Below the pieces are notes generated by a model that searched no databases, was not told where the DNA came from, and saw only the letters and a list, made by a program, of their open reading frames with translations. From Eledone cirrhosa (Eukaryota): 64,000 bases of DNA. Shown here piece by piece: positions 28,320-42,045 of the stretch (its first letter is position 1; the number at the start of each line of letters is the position of its first letter). The position numbers and the translations under genes were made by a program. The stretch is taken from the NCBI GenBank assembly GCA_964016885.1, contig OZ024743.1:134416001-134480000 (forward strand), written 5' to 3'.

Positions 28320-31300
28320 GGTGCTTGGTGCTTGGTGGCTGGTGTTTGGTGCTTGGTGTTTGGATTTTGGTGCTTGGTGCTTGGTGCCTGGTGTTTCGTG
28401 CTTGGTGCTTGGTGCTTGGTGTTTGGTGTTTGGTGCTTGGTGTTTGGTGTTTGGTACTTGGTGCTTGGTGCTTGGTGCTTGGTGTTTGGTGTTTGGTGCT
28501 TGGTGCTTGAGGCTTGGTGTTTGGTGCTTGGTGCTTGGTGCTTGGTGTTTAGTGTTTGGTGTTTGGTGCTTGGTGTTTGGTGCTTGGTGCTTGGTGCTGG
28601 GTGGTTGGTGTTTGGTGCTTGGTGCTTGGTGTTTGGTGCTTGGTGCTTGGTGCTTGTTGTTTGGTGCTTGGTGCTTGGTGCTTGGTCTTTGGTGCTTGGA
28701 GTTTGGTTGTTGGTGCTTGGTGCTTGGTGTTTGGGGTTTTGTGTTTGCTGTTTGGTGTTTGCTGTTTGGTGTCTGCTTTTTGGTGTTTGGTGTTTGCTGT
28801 ATGGTGTTTGCTGTTTCGTATTTGGCTTTTGCTGTTTGGTGTTTGGTGTTTGCTGTTTGGTGTATGGTGTTTGGTGCTTTGTGCTTGGTGCTTGGTGTTT
28901 GGCATTTGGTGCTTGGTGCTTGGTGTTTGGTGCTTGGTGCTTGGTGCTTGGTGTTTGGTGTTTGGTGCTTGGTGCCTGGTGCTTGTTGTTTGGTGTTTGG
29001 TGCTTAGTGCTTGGTGTTTGGTGTTTGGTGCTTGGTGCTTGGTGGCTGGTGGTTGATGCTTGGTGTTTGGTGTTTGGTGCTTGGTGCTTGCTGCCTGGTG
29101 TTTGGTGCCTGGTGCTTGGTGCTTGGTGTTTGGTATTTGGTGCTTGGTGTTTGGTGTTTGGTCCTTGGTGCTTGGTGCTTGGTCTTTGCTGCTTGGGGTT
29201 TGGTGTTTGGTGATTGGTGCTTGGTGTTTGGTGCCTGGTGCTTGGTGCTTGGTGTTTGGTGTTTAATGCTTGGTGCTTGGTGCTTGGTGTTTGGTGCTTG
29301 GTGCTTGGTGCTTGGTGTTTGGCGTTTGCTGTTTGCTGTTTGCTGTTTGGTGCTTGCTGTTTGGTGTTTGGTGTTTGGTGTTTGGTGTTTGGTGCTTGCT
29401 GTTTGGTGTTTGGTGCTTGGTGCTTGGTGATTAATGTTTGGTGCATGGTCCTTGGTGTTTGTTGTTTGGTGCTTGGTGCTTGGTGTTTGGTGCTTGGTGC
29501 TTGCTGTTTGGTGGTTGGTGCTTGGTGTTTGGTGTTTGGTGTTTGGTGCTTGGTGCTTGGTGTTTGGTGTTTGGTGCTTGCTGCTTGGTGCTTGGTGCTT
29601 GGTGTTTGGTGCTTGGTGCTTGGTGCTTGGTGTTTGGTGTTTGGTCCTTGGTGCTTGGTGCTTGGTCTTTGCTGCTTGGGGTTTGGTGTTTGGTGATTGG
29701 TGCTTGGTGTTTGGTGCCTGGTGCTTGGTGCTTGGTGTTTGGTGTTTAATGCTTGGTGCTTGGTGCTTGGTGTTTGGTGCTTGGTGCTTGGTGCTTGGTG
29801 TTTGGCGTTTGCTGTTTGCTGTTTGCTGTTTGGTGCTTGCTGTTTGGTGTTTGGTGTTTGGTGTTTGGTGTTTGGTGCTTGCTGTTTGGTGTTTGGTGCT
29901 TGGTGCTTGGTGATTAATGTTTGGTGCATGGTCCTTGGTGTTTGTTGTTTGGTGCTTGGTGCTTGGTGTTTGGTGCTTGGTGCTTGCTGTTTGGTGGTTG
30001 GTGCTTGGTGTTTGGTGTTTGGTGTTTGGTGCTTGGTGCTTGGTGTTTGGTGTTTGGTGCTTGCTGCTTGGTGCTTGGTGCTTGGTGTTTGGTGCTTGGT
30101 GCTTGGTGCTTGGTGCTTGGTGGCTGGTGTTTGGTGCTTGGTGTTTGGATTTTGGTGCTTGGTGCTTGGTGCCTGGTGTTTCGTGCTTGGTGCTTGGTGC
30201 TTGGTGTTTGGTGTTTGGTGCTTGGTGTTTGGTGTTTGGTACTTGGTGCTTGGTGCTTGGTGCTTGGTGTTTGGTGTTTGGTGCTTGGTGCTTGGGGTTT
30301 GGTGTTTGGTGCTTGGTGCTTGGTGCTTGGTGTTTAGTGTTTGGTGTTTGGTGCTTGGTGTTTGGTGCTTGGTGCTTGGTGCTGGGTGGTTGGTGTTTGG
30401 TGCTTGGTGCTTGGTGTTTGGTGCTTGGTGCTTGGTGCTTGTTGTTTGGTGCTTGGTGCTTGGTGCTTGGTCTTTGGTGCTTGGAGTTTGGTTGTTGGTG
30501 CTTGGTGCTTGGTGTTTGGGGTTTTGTGTTTGCTGTTTGGTGTTTGCTGTTTGGTGTCTGCTTTTTGGTGTTTGGTGTTTGCTGTATGGTGTTTGCTGTT
30601 ACGTATTTGGCTTTTGCTGTTTGGTGTTTGGTGTTTGCTGTTTGGTGTATGGTGTTTGGTGCTTTGTGCTTGGTGCTTGGTGTTTGGCATTTGGTGCTTG
30701 GTGCTTGGTGTTTGGTGCTTGGTGCTTGGTGCTTGGTGTTTGGTGTTTGGTGCTTGGTGCCTGGTGCTTGTTGTTTGGTGTTTGGTGCTTAGTGCTTGGT
30801 GTTTGGTGTTTGGTGCTTGGTGCTTGGTGGCTGGTGGTTGATGCTTGGTGTTTGGTGTTTGGTGCTTGGTGCTTGCTGCCTGGTGTTTGGTGCCTGGTGC
30901 TTGGTGCTTGGTGTTTGGTATTTGGTGCTTGGTGTTTGGTGTTTGGTCCTTGGTGCTTGGTGCTTGGTCTTTGCTGCTTGGGGTTTGGTGTTTGGTGATT
31001 GGTGCTTGGTGTTTGGTGCCTGGTGCTTGGTGCTTGGTGTTTGGTGTTTAATGCTTGGTGCTTGGTGCTTGGTGTTTGGTGCTTGGTGCTTGGTGCTTGG
31101 TGTTTGGCGTTTGCTGTTTGCTGTTTGCTGTTTGGTGCTTGCTGTTTGGTGTTTGGTGTTTGGTGTTTGGTGTTTGGTGCTTGCTGTTTGGTGTTTGGTG
31201 CTTGGTGCTTGGTGATTAATGTTTGGTGCATGGTCCTTGGTGTTTGTTGTTTGGTGCTTGGTGCTTGGTGTTTGGTGCTTGGTGCTTGCTGTTTGGTGGT

Positions 31301-31410
31301 TGGTGCTTGGTGTTTGGTGTTTGGTGTTTGGTGCTTGGTGCTTGGTGTTTGGTGTTTGGTGCTTGCTGCTTGGTGCTTGGTGCTTGGTGTTTGGTGCTTG
31401 GTGCTTGGTG
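28320..31410 (-). repeat. Nested higher-order repeat A-B-B-A-B: B = 483 bp (69 x 7), outer period 1785 bp (255 x 7)
   Basis: gtcc marker at 29161/29644; ORFs 29214/29697/30999 and 29434/29917/31219; 28549/30334 offset 1785. Confidence 0.9.
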
Positions 31411-33934
31411 CTTGGTGTTTGGCGTTCGCTGTTTGCTGTTTGGTGTTTGGTGTTTGCTGTTTGGTGTTTGCTGTTTGGTGTTTGGTGCTTGGTGCTTGGT
31501 GGCTGGTGTTTGGTGCTTGGTGTTTGGATTTTGGTTCTTGGTGCTTGGTGCCTGGTGTTTCGTGCTTGGTGCTTGGTGCTTGGTGTTTGGTGTTTTGTGC
31601 TTGGTGTTTGGTGTTTGGTACTTGGTGCTTGGTGCTTGGTGCTTGGTGTTTAGTGCTTGGTGCTTGGTGATTGGTGTTTGATGCTGCGTGCTTGGTGTTT
31701 GGTGTTTGGTGCTTGGTGCTTGGTGTTTGGTGTTTGGAGCTTGGTGCCTGGTGCTTGTTGTTTGGTGCCTGGTGCTTGTTGTTTGGTGCTTGGTGCTTGG
31801 TGGTTGGTGCTTGGTGTTTGATGTTTGGTCCCTGGTGCTTGGTGTTTGGTGTTTGGTGCTTGGTGCTTGGTGTTTGGTGATTGGTGCTTGCTGCTTGGTG
31901 CTTGGTGTTTTGTGGTTGGAGTTTGGTGCTTGGTGTTTGGTGCTTCGGTCTTGGTGCTTGGTGTTTGGTGCTTGGTGCTTGGTGTTTGGTGCTTGGTGCC
32001 TGGTGCTTGGTGGTTGGTGCTTGGTGCTTGGTGTTTGGTGATTGGTGCTTGGTGTTTGGTGCTTGGTGCTTGGTGCTTGGTGCTTGGTGTTAGGTGTTTG
32101 GTGCTTGGTGCTTGGTGTTTGATGTTTGGTGCTTGGTGCTTGGTGTTTGGTGTTTGGTGATTGGTGCTTGGTGTTAGGTGTTTGGTGCTTGCTGCTTGCT
32201 GCTTGGTGTTTGGTGCTTGGTGATTGGTGCTTGGCGTTTTGTGCTTGGTGCTTGGTGTTTGGTGTTTGGTGCTAGGGGCTTGGTGCTTGGTGCTTGGTGT
32301 TTGGTGCTTGGTGCTTGCTGTTTGGTGTTTGGTGCTTGGTGCGTGGGACTTAGTGTTTGGTGTTTGGTGCTTGGTGTTTGGTGATTGGTGTTTGGGGCTT
32401 GGTGTTCGGTGCTTGGTGCTTGGTGCTTGGGGCTTGGTGTTTGGTGTTTGGTGCTTGGTGCTTGGTGTTTGATGTTGGGTCCTTGGTGCTTGGTGTTTGG
32501 TCTTTGGTGCTTGGTGTTTGGTGTTTGGTGCTTGGTGCTTGATGTTTGGTGTTTGGTGCTTGGTGCTTGGGGCTTGGTGTTTGGTGCCTGGGGCTTGGTG
32601 TTTGGTGTTTGGTGCTTGGTGCTTGGGGCTTGGTGTCTGGTGCTTGGTGCTTGGTGCTTGGTGTTTAGTGTTTGGTGTTTGGTGCTTGGTGTTTGGTGCT
32701 TGGTGCTTGGTGCTGGGTGGTTGGTGTTTGGTGCTTGGTGCTTGGTGTTTGGTGCTTGGTGCTTGGTGCTTGTTGTTTGGTGCTTGGTGCTTGGTGCTTG
32801 GTCTTTGGTGCTTGGAGTTTGGTGGTTGGTGCTTGGTGCTTGGTGTTTGGTGCCTGGTGCTTGGTGCTTCGTGTTTGGCGTTTGCTGTTTGCTGTTTGCT
32901 GTTTGGTGCTTGCTGTTTGGTGTTTGGTGTTTGGTGTTTGGTGTTTGGTGTTTGCTGTTTGCTGTATGGTGTTTGCTGTTTCGTATATGGTTTTTGCTGT
33001 TTGGTGTTTGATGTTTGCTGTTTGGTGTTTAGTGTTTGGTGCATGGTCCTTGGTGTTTGTTGTTTGGTGCTTGGTGCTTGGTGTTTGGTGCTTGGTGCTT
33101 GCTGTTTGGTGCTTGGTGCTTGGTGTTTGGTGTTTGGTGTTTGGTGCCTGGTGCTTGGTGTTTGGTGCTTGGTGCTTGGTGCTGGGTGTTTGTTGCTTGG
33201 TGCTTGGTGTTTGGTGCTTGGTGCTTGGTGCTTGGTGCTTGGTGCTTGGTGTTTGGTCCTTGGTGATTGGTGCTTGGTCTTTGGTGCTTGGGGTTTGGTG
33301 TTTGGTTATTGGTGCTTGGTGTTTGGTGGTTGGTGCTTGGTGCTTGGTGTTTGGTGTTTGGTGCTTGCTGCTTGGTGCTTGGTGTTTGATGCTTGGTGCT
33401 TGGTGTTTGGTGTTTGGTGCTTGGTGCGTGGGACTTGGTGTTTGGTGCTTGGTGTTTGGTGCTTGGTGTTTGGTGCTTGGTGCTTGGTGCTTGGTGTTTG
33501 GTGTTTGATGCTTGCTGCCTGGTGCTTGGTGTTTTGTGTTTGGAGTTTGGTGCTTGGTGTTTGGTGCTTCGGTCTTGGTGCTTGGTGTTTGGTGCTTGGT
33601 GCTTGGTGTTTGGTGCTTGGTGCCTGGTGCTTGGTGTTTGGTGCTTGGTGCTTGGTGTTTGGTGATTGGTGCTTGGTGTTTGGTGCTTGGTGCTTGGTGC
33701 TTGGTGCTTGGTGTTAGGTGTTTGGTGCTTGATGCTTGGTGTTTGTTGTTTGGTCCTTGGTGCTTGGTGTTTGGTGCTTGGTGCTTGGTGATTGGTGTTT
33801 GGTGTTTGGTGCTTGCTGCTTGCTGCTTGGTGTTTGGTGCTTGGTGATTGGTGCTTGGTGTTTTGTGCTTGGTGCTTGGTGTTTGGTGTTTGGTGCTAGG
33901 GGCTTGGTGCTTGGTGCTTGGTGTTTGGTGCTTG

Positions 33935-36900
33935 GTGCTTGCTGTTTGTTGTTTGGTGCTTGGTGCGTGGGACTTAGTGTTTGATGTTTGGTGCTTGGTG
34001 TTTGGTGCTTGGTGTTTGGGGCTTGGTGTTCGGTGCTTGGTGCTTGGTGCTTGGGGCTTGGTGTTTGGTGTTTGGTGCTAGGTGCTTGGTGTTTGATGTT
34101 GGGTCCTTGGTGCTTGGTGTTTGGTGTTTGGTGCTTGGTGCCTGGTGCTTGTTGTATGTTGTTTGGTGCCTGGTGCTTGGTGTTTGGTGTTTGGTGTTTG
34201 GTGCTTGGTGTCTGGTGTTTGGTGTTTGGTGTTTGGTGCTTGCTGCTTGGTGTTTGGGTTTTGGTGCTTGGTGCTTGGTGTTTGGTGTTTGGTGCTTGGT
34301 GTTTGGTGCTTGGTGTTTGGTGCTGAGTGCTTGGTGTTTTGTGCTTGGTGCGTGGTGCTTGGTGTTTGGTGTTTGGTGCATGGTGCTTGGTGTTTGGTGT
34401 TTGATGCTTGGTGTTTGATGCTTGTTGCTTGGTGCTTGGTGTTTTGTGTTTGGTGTTTGGTGCTTGGTGTATGTACTTGGTGCTTGGTTCTTGGTGTTTG
34501 GTGCTTGGTTCTTGGTGTTTGGTGATTGGTGCTTGGGGCTTGGTGTTTGGTGCTTGGTGCTTGGTGTTTGGTACTTGGTGCTTGGTGTTTGGTTTTTGAT
34601 GCTTGGTGTTTGATGCTTGGTGCTTGGTGCTTGGTGTTAAGTGTTTGGGGCTTGGTGCTTGTTGCATGGTGCTTGGTGTTTGGTGCTTGGTGCCTGGTGC
34701 TTGGTGTTTGGTGCTTGGTGCTTGGTGCTTGGTGTTTGGTGCTTGGTATTTGGTGCTTGGTGCTTGGTGTTTGGTGCTTGGTGTTTGGTGCTTGGTGTTC
34801 GGTGCTTGGTGCTTGGTGTTTGGTGCTTGGTGTTAGGTGATTGGTGCTTGGTGCTTGGTGTTTTATGTTTGATCCTTGGTGCTTGGTGTTTGGTGCTTGG
34901 TGCTTGGTGTTTGGTGTTTGGTTCTTGGTGCCTGGTGCTTGTTGTATGCTGTTTGGTGCTTGGTGCTTGGTGTTTGGTGTTTGCTGCTTGTTGTCTGGTG
35001 TTTGGTGCTTGGTGTTTGGTGTTTGGTGCTTGGTGCTTGGTGCTTGGTATTTGGTGTTTGGTGCTTGGTGCTTGGTGTTTGTTGTTTGGTGCTGGGTGCT
35101 TGGAGTTTGGTTCTTGGTGCTTGGTGCTTAGTGCTTGGTGTTTGGTGTTTGGTGCTTGGTGTTGGGTGTTTGGTGTTTGATGCTTGGTGTGTGCTGCTTG
35201 GTGCTTGGTGCTTGGTGTTTTTTGTTTGGTGCTTGGTGCTTGGTGCCTGGTGCTTGGTGCTTGGTGCTTGTTGTTTGGTGCTTGGTGCTTGGTGATTAGT
35301 GTTTGGTGCTTGGTGCTTGGGGTTTGCTGTTTGGTGCTTGGTGCTTGGTGTTTGGTGTTTGGTGTTTGGTGCTTGGTGTCTGGTGTTTGGTGTTTGGTGT
35401 TTGGTGCTTGGTGCTTGGTGTTTGGGTTTTGGTGCTTGGTGCTTGGTGTTTGGTGTTTGGTGCTTGGTGTTTGGTGCTTGGTGTTTGGTGCTGAGTGCTT
35501 GGTGTTTTGTGCTTGGTGCGTGGTGCTTGGTGTTTGGTGTTTGGCGCTTGGTGCTTGGTGTTTGGTGTTTGATGCTTGGTGTTTGATGCTTGTTGCTTGG
35601 TGCTTGGTGTTTTGTGTTTGGTGTTTCGTGCTTGGTGTATGTACTTGTTGCTTGGTTCTTGGTGTTTGGTGCTTGGTTCTTGGTGTTTGGTGATTGGTGC
35701 TTGTTGCTTGGTGTTTGGTGCTTGGTGCTTGGTGTTTGGTACTTGGTGCTTGGTGTTTGGTTTTTGATGCTTGGTGTTTGATGCTTGGTGCTTGGTGCTT
35801 GGTGTTTAAGTGTTTGGGGCTTGGTGCTTGGTGCATGGTGCTTGGTGTTTGGTGCTTGGTGCCTGGTGCTTGGTGTTTGGTGCTTGGTGCTTGGTGCTTG
35901 GTGTTTGGTGCTTGGTATTTGGTGCTTGGTGCTTGGTGTTTGGTGCTTGGTGTTTGGTGCTTGGTGTTCGGTGCTTGGTGCTTGGTGTTTGGTGCTTGGT
36001 GTTAGGTGATTGGTGCTTGGTGCTTGGTGTTTGATGTTTGATCCTTGGTGCTTGGTGTTTGGTGCTTGGTGCTTGGTGCTTGGTGTTGGGTACTTGGTGC
36101 TTGTTATTTGGTGTTTGGTGCTAGGTGCTTGGTGCTTGGTGCTTGGGGTTTGGTGCTTGGTGCTTGGTGTTTGGTGTTTGGTGCTTGGTGCTTGGGGCTT
36201 GGTGTTTGGTGCTTTGTGCTTGGTGCTTAGTGTTTGGTGCTTGGTGCTTGGTGCTTCGTGTTTGGTGTTTGGTGTTTGGTGCTTGGTGTTTGGTGCTTGG
36301 TGCTTGGTGCTGGGTGGTTGGTGTTTGGTGCTTGGTGCTTGGTGTTTGGTGCTTGGTGGTTGGTGCTTGGGGTTTGGTGCTTGGTGCTTGGTGCTTGGTG
36401 ATTGGTGTTTGGTGCTTGGTGCTTGGTGCTTGGTGATTAGTGTTTGGTGCTTGGTGCTTGGTGCCTGGTGCTTGGTGCTTGGTGCTTGTTGTTTGATGCT
36501 TGGTGCTTGGTGATTAGTGTTTGGTGCTTGGTGCTTGGGGTTTGGTGTTTGGTGCTTGGGGTTTGGTGTTTGGTGCTTGGTGCTTGGTGTTTGGTGCTTG
36601 GTACTTGGTGTTTGGTGCTTGGTGCTTTGTGTTTGATGCTTGGTGTTTGGTGCTTGGTGCTTGATGCTTGGTGCTTGGTGTTAGGTGTTTGGTGCTTGGT
36701 CCTTGGTGTTTGATGTTTGGTCCTTGGTGCTTGGTGTTTGGTGTTTGGTGCTTGGTGCTAGGTGTTTTGTGTGTGGTGCTTGCTGCTTGGTGCTTGGTGT
36801 TTTGTGTTAGGAGTTTGGTGCTTGATGTTTGGTTCTTCTGTCTTGGTGCTTGGTGTTTGGTGTTTGGTGTTTGGTGTATGGTGCTTGGTGCTTTGTGTTT

Positions 36901-39900
36901 GGTGCTTCGTGCTTGGTGCTTGGTGTTTGGTGCATGGTGCTTGGTGTTTGGGGCTTGGTGCCTGGTGCTTTGTGTTTGGTGCTAGGTGCTTGGTGCTTGG
37001 TGTTAGGCGTTTGGTGCTTGGTGCTTGGTGTTTGATGTTTGGTCCTTGGTGCTTGGTGTTTGGTATTTGGTGCTTGGTGCTTGGTGTTTGGTGTTTGGTG
37101 CTTGCTGCTTGCTGCTTGGTGTTTGGTGCTTGGTGATTGGTGCTTGGTGTTTTGTGCTTGGTGCTTGGTGTTTGGTCTTTGGTGCTTGGTGTTTGGTGCT
37201 TGGTGCTTGGTGCTTGGTGCTTGGTCTTAAGTGTTTGGGGCTTGGTGCTTGGTGCATGGTGCTTGGTGTTTGGTGCTTGGTGCCTGGTGCTTGGTGTTTG
37301 TTGCTTGGTGCTTGGTGCTTTGTGTTTGGTGCTTGGTATTTGGTGCTTGGTGCTTGGTGTTTGGTGCTTGGTGTTTGGTGCTTGGTGTTCGGTGCTTGGT
37401 GCTTGGTGTTTGGCATTTGGTGCTTGGTGCTTGGTGTTTGGTGCTTGGTGCTTGGTGTTTGGTGTTTGGTGCTTGGTGCCTGGTGCTTGTTGTATGCTGT
37501 TTGGTGCTTGGTGCTTGGTGTTTGGTGTTTGCTGCTTGGTGTCTGGTGTTTGGTGCTTGGTGTTTGGTGTTTGGTGCTTGGTGCTTGGTGCTTGGTATTT
37601 GGTGTTTGGTGCTTGGTGCTTGGTGATTGTTGTTTGGTGCTGGGTGCTTGGAGTTTGGTGCTTGGTGCTTGGTGCTTAGTGCTTGGTGTTTGGTGTTTGG
37701 TGCTTGGTGTTGGGTGTTTGGTGTTTGATGCTTGGTGTGTGCTGCTTGGTGCTTGGTGCTTGGTGTTTTGTGTTTGGTGCTTGGTGCTTGGTGCCTGGTG
37801 CTTGGTGCTTGGTGCTTGTTGTTTGGTGCTTGGTGCTTGGTGATTAGTGTTTGGTGCTTGGTGCTTGGGGTTTGCTGTTTGGTGCTTGGTGCTTGGTGTT
37901 TGGTGCTTGGTGCTTGGTGTTTGGTGTTTGGTGCTTGGTGCTTGGTGTTTGGGTTTTGGTGCTTGGTGCTTGGTGTTTGGTGTTTGGTGCTTGCTGTTTG
38001 TTGTTTGGTGCTTGGTGCGTGGGACTTAGTGTTTGATGTTTGGTGCTTGGTGTTTGGTGCTTGGTGTTTGGGGCTTGGTGTTCGGTGCTTGGTGCTTGGT
38101 GCTTGGGGCTTGGTGTTTGGTGTTTGGTGCTAGGTGCTTGGTGTTTGATGTTGGGTCCTTGGTGCTTGGTGTTTGGTGTTTGGTGCTTGGTGCCTGGTGC
38201 TTGTTGTATGTTGTTTGGTGCCTGGTGCTTGGTGTTTGGTGTTTGGTGTTTGGTGCTTGGTGTCTGGTGTTTGGTGTTTGGTGTTTGGTGCTTGCTGCTT
38301 GGTGTTTGGGTTTTGGTGCTTGGTGCTTGGTGTTTGGTGTTTGGTGCTTGGTGTTTGGTGCTTGGTGTTTGGTGCTGAGTGCTTGGTGTTTTGTGCTTGG
38401 TGCGTGGTGCTTGGTGTTTGGTGTTTGGTGCATGGTGCTTGGTGTTTGGTGTTTGATGCTTGGTGTTTGATGCTTGTTGCTTGGTGCTTGGTGTTTTGTG
38501 TTTGGTGTTTGGTGCTTGGTGTATGTACTTGGTGCTTGGTTCTTGGTGTTTGGTGCTTGGTTCTTGGTGTTTGGTGATTGGTGCTTGGGGCTTGGTGTTT
38601 GGTGCTTGGTGCTTGGTGTTTGGTACTTGGTGCTTGGTGTTTGGTTTTTGATGCTTGGTGTTTGATGCTTGGTGCTTGGTGCTTGGTGTTAAGTGTTTGG
38701 GGCTTGGTGCTTGTTGCATGGTGCTTGGTGTTTGGTGCTTGGTGCCTGGTGCTTGGTGTTTGGTGCTTGGTGCTTGGTGCTTGGTGTTTGGTGCTTGGTA
38801 TTTGGTGCTTGGTGCTTGGTGTTTGGTGCTTGGTGTTTGGTGCTTGGTGTTCGGTGCTTGGTGCTTGGTGTTTGGTGCTTGGTGTTAGGTGATTGGTGCT
38901 TGGTGCTTGGTGTTTTATGTTTGATCCTTGGTGCTTGGTGTTTGGTGCTTGGTGCTTGGTGTTTGGTGTTTGGTTCTTGGTGCCTGGTGCTTGTTGTATG
39001 CTGTTTGGTGCTTGGTGCTTGGTGTTTGGTGTTTGCTGCTTGTTGTCTGGTGTTTGGTGCTTGGTGTTTGGTGTTTGGTGCTTGGTGCTTGGTGCTTGGT
39101 ATTTGGTGTTTGGTGCTTGGTGCTTGGTGTTTGTTGTTTGGTGCTGGGTGCTTGGAGTTTGGTTCTTGGTGCTTGGTGCTTAGTGCTTGGTGTTTGGTGT
39201 TTGGTGCTTGGTGTTGGGTGTTTGGTGTTTGATGCTTGGTGTGTGCTGCTTGGTGCTTGGTGCTTGGTGTTTTTTGTTTGGTGCTTGGTGCTTGGTGCCT
39301 GGTGCTTGGTGCTTGGTGCTTGTTGTTTGGTGCTTGGTGCTTGGTGATTAGTGTTTGGTGCTTGGTGCTTGGGGTTTGCTGTTTGGTGCTTGGTGCTTGG
39401 TGTTTGGTGTTTGGTGTTTGGTGCTTGGTGTCTGGTGTTTGGTGTTTGGTGTTTGGTGCTTGGTGCTTGGTGTTTGGGTTTTGGTGCTTGGTGCTTGGTG
39501 TTTGGTGTTTGGTGCTTGGTGTTTGGTGCTTGGTGTTTGGTGCTGAGTGCTTGGTGTTTTGTGCTTGGTGCGTGGTGCTTGGTGTTTGGTGTTTGGCGCT
39601 TGGTGCTTGGTGTTTGGTGTTTGATGCTTGGTGTTTGATGCTTGTTGCTTGGTGCTTGGTGTTTTGTGTTTGGTGTTTCGTGCTTGGTGTATGTACTTGT
39701 TGCTTGGTTCTTGGTGTTTGGTGCTTGGTTCTTGGTGTTTGGTGATTGGTGCTTGGTGCTTGGTGTTTGGTGCTTGGTGCTTGGTGTTTGGTACTTGGTG
39801 CTTGGTGTTTGGTTTTTGATGCTTGGTGTTTGATGCTTGGTGCTTGGTGCTTGGTGTTTAAGTGTTTGGGGCTTGGTGCTTGGTGCATGGTGCTTGGTGT

Positions 39901-42045
39901 TTGGTGCTTGGTGCCTGGTGCTTGGTGTTTGGTGCTTGGTGCTTGGTGCTTGGTGTTTGGTGCTTGGTATTTGGTGCTTGGTGCTTGGTGTTTGGTGCTT
40001 GGTGTTTGGTGCTTGGTGTTCGGTGCTTGGTGCTTGGTGTTTGGTGCTTGGTGTTAGGTGATTGGTGCTTGGTGCTTGGTGTTTGATGTTTGATCCTTGG
40101 TGCTTGGTGTTTGGTGCTTGGTGCTTGGTGCTTGGTGTTGGGTACTTGGTGCTTGTTATTTGGTGTTTGGTGCTAGGTGCTTGGTGCTTGGTGCTTGGGG
40201 TTTGGTGCTTGGTGCTTGGTGTTTGGTGTTTGGTGCTTGGTGCTTGGGGCTTGGTGTTTGGTGCTTTGTGCTTGGTGCTTAGTGTTTGGTGCTTGGTGCT
40301 TGGTGCTTCGTGTTTGGTGTTTGGTGTTTGGTGCTTGGTGTTTGGTGCTTGGTGCTTGGTGCTGGGTGGTTGGTGTTTGGTGCTTGGTGCTTGGTGTTTG
40401 GTGCTTGGTGGTTGGTGCTTGGGGTTTGGTGCTTGGTGCTTGGTGCTTGGTGATTGGTGTTTGGTGCTTGGTGCTTGGTGCTTGGTGATTAGTGTTTGGT
40501 GCTTGGTGCTTGGTGCCTGGTGCTTGGTGCTTGGTGCTTGTTGTTTGATGCTTGGTGCTTGGTGATTAGTGTTTGGTGCTTGGTGCTTGGGGTTTGGTGT
40601 TTGGTGCTTGGGGTTTGGTGTTTGGTGCTTGGTGCTTGGTGTTTGGTGCTTGGTACTTGGTGTTTGGTGCTTGGTGCTTTGTGTTTGATGCTTGGTGTTT
40701 GGTGCTTGGTGCTTGATGCTTGGTGCTTGGTGTTAGGTGTTTGGTGCTTGGTCCTTGGTGTTTGATGTTTGGTCCTTGGTGCTTGGTGTTTGGTGTTTGG
40801 TGCTTGGTGCTAGGTGTTTTGTGTGTGGTGCTTGCTGCTTGGTGCTTGGTGTTTTGTGTTAGGAGTTTGGTGCTTGATGTTTGGTTCTTCTGTCTTGGTG
40901 CTTGGTGTTTGGTGTTTGGTGTTTGGTGTATGGTGCTTGGTGCTTTGTGTTTGGTGCTTCGTGCTTGGTGCTTGGTGTTTGGTGCATGGTGCTTGGTGTT
41001 TGGGGCTTGGTGCCTGGTGCTTTGTGTTTGGTGCTAGGTGCTTGGTGCTTGGTGTTAGGCGTTTGGTGCTTGGTGCTTGGTGTTTGATGTTTGGTCCTTG
41101 GTGCTTGGTGTTTGGTATTTGGTGCTTGGTGCTTGGTGTTTGGTGTTTGGTGCTTGCTGCTTGCTGCTTGGTGTTTGGTGCTTGGTGATTGGTGCTTGGT
41201 GTTTTGTGCTTGGTGCTTGGTGTTTGGTCTTTGGTGCTTGGTGTTTGGTGCTTGGTGCTTGGTGCTTGGTGCTTGGTCTTAAGTGTTTGGGGCTTGGTGC
41301 TTGGTGCATGGTGCTTGGTGTTTGGTGCTTGGTGCCTGGTGCTTGGTGTTTGTTGCTTGGTGCTTGGTGCTTTGTGTTTGGTGCTTGGTATTTGGTGCTT
41401 GGTGCTTGGTGTTTGGTGCTTGGTGTTTGGTGCTTGGTGTTCGGTGCTTGGTGCTTGGTGTTTGGCATTTGGTGCTTGGTGCTTGGTGTTTGGTGCTTGG
41501 TGCTTGGTGTTTGGTGTTTGGTGCTTGGTGCCTGGTGCTTGTTGTATGCTGTTTGGTGCTTGGTGCTTGGTGTTTGGTGTTTGCTGCTTGGTGTCTGGTG
41601 TTTGGTGCTTGGTGTTTGGTGTTTGGTGCTTGGTGCTTGGTGCTTGGTATTTGGTGTTTGGTGCTTGGTGCTTGGTGATTGTTGTTTGGTGCTGGGTGCT
41701 TGGAGTTTGGTGCTTGGTGCTTGGTGCTTAGTGCTTGGTGTTTGGTGTTTGGTGCTTGGTGTTGGGTGTTTGGTGTTTGATGCTTGGTGTGTGCTGCTTG
41801 GTGCTTGGTGCTTGGTGTTTTGTGTTTGGTGCTTGGTGCTTGGTGCCTGGTGCTTGGTGCTTGGTGCTTGTTGTTTGGTGCTTGGTGCTTGGTGATTAGT
41901 GTTTGGTGCTTGGTGCTTGGGGTTTGCTGTTTGGTGCTTGGTGCTTGGTGTTTGGTGCTTGGTGCTTGGTGTTTGGTGTTTGGTGCTTGGTGCTTGGTGT
42001 TTGGGTTTTGGTGCTTGGTGCTTGGTGTTTGGTGTTTGGTGCTTG
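33935..42045 (-). repeat. Higher-order repeat, two full copies, period 4052 bp
   Basis: ORF pairs 33974/38026, 34637/38689, 36010/40062, 37025/41077 and 37732/41784 are all offset 4052 and near-identical; marker ggttcttctgtc at about 36831 and 40883. Confidence 0.96.
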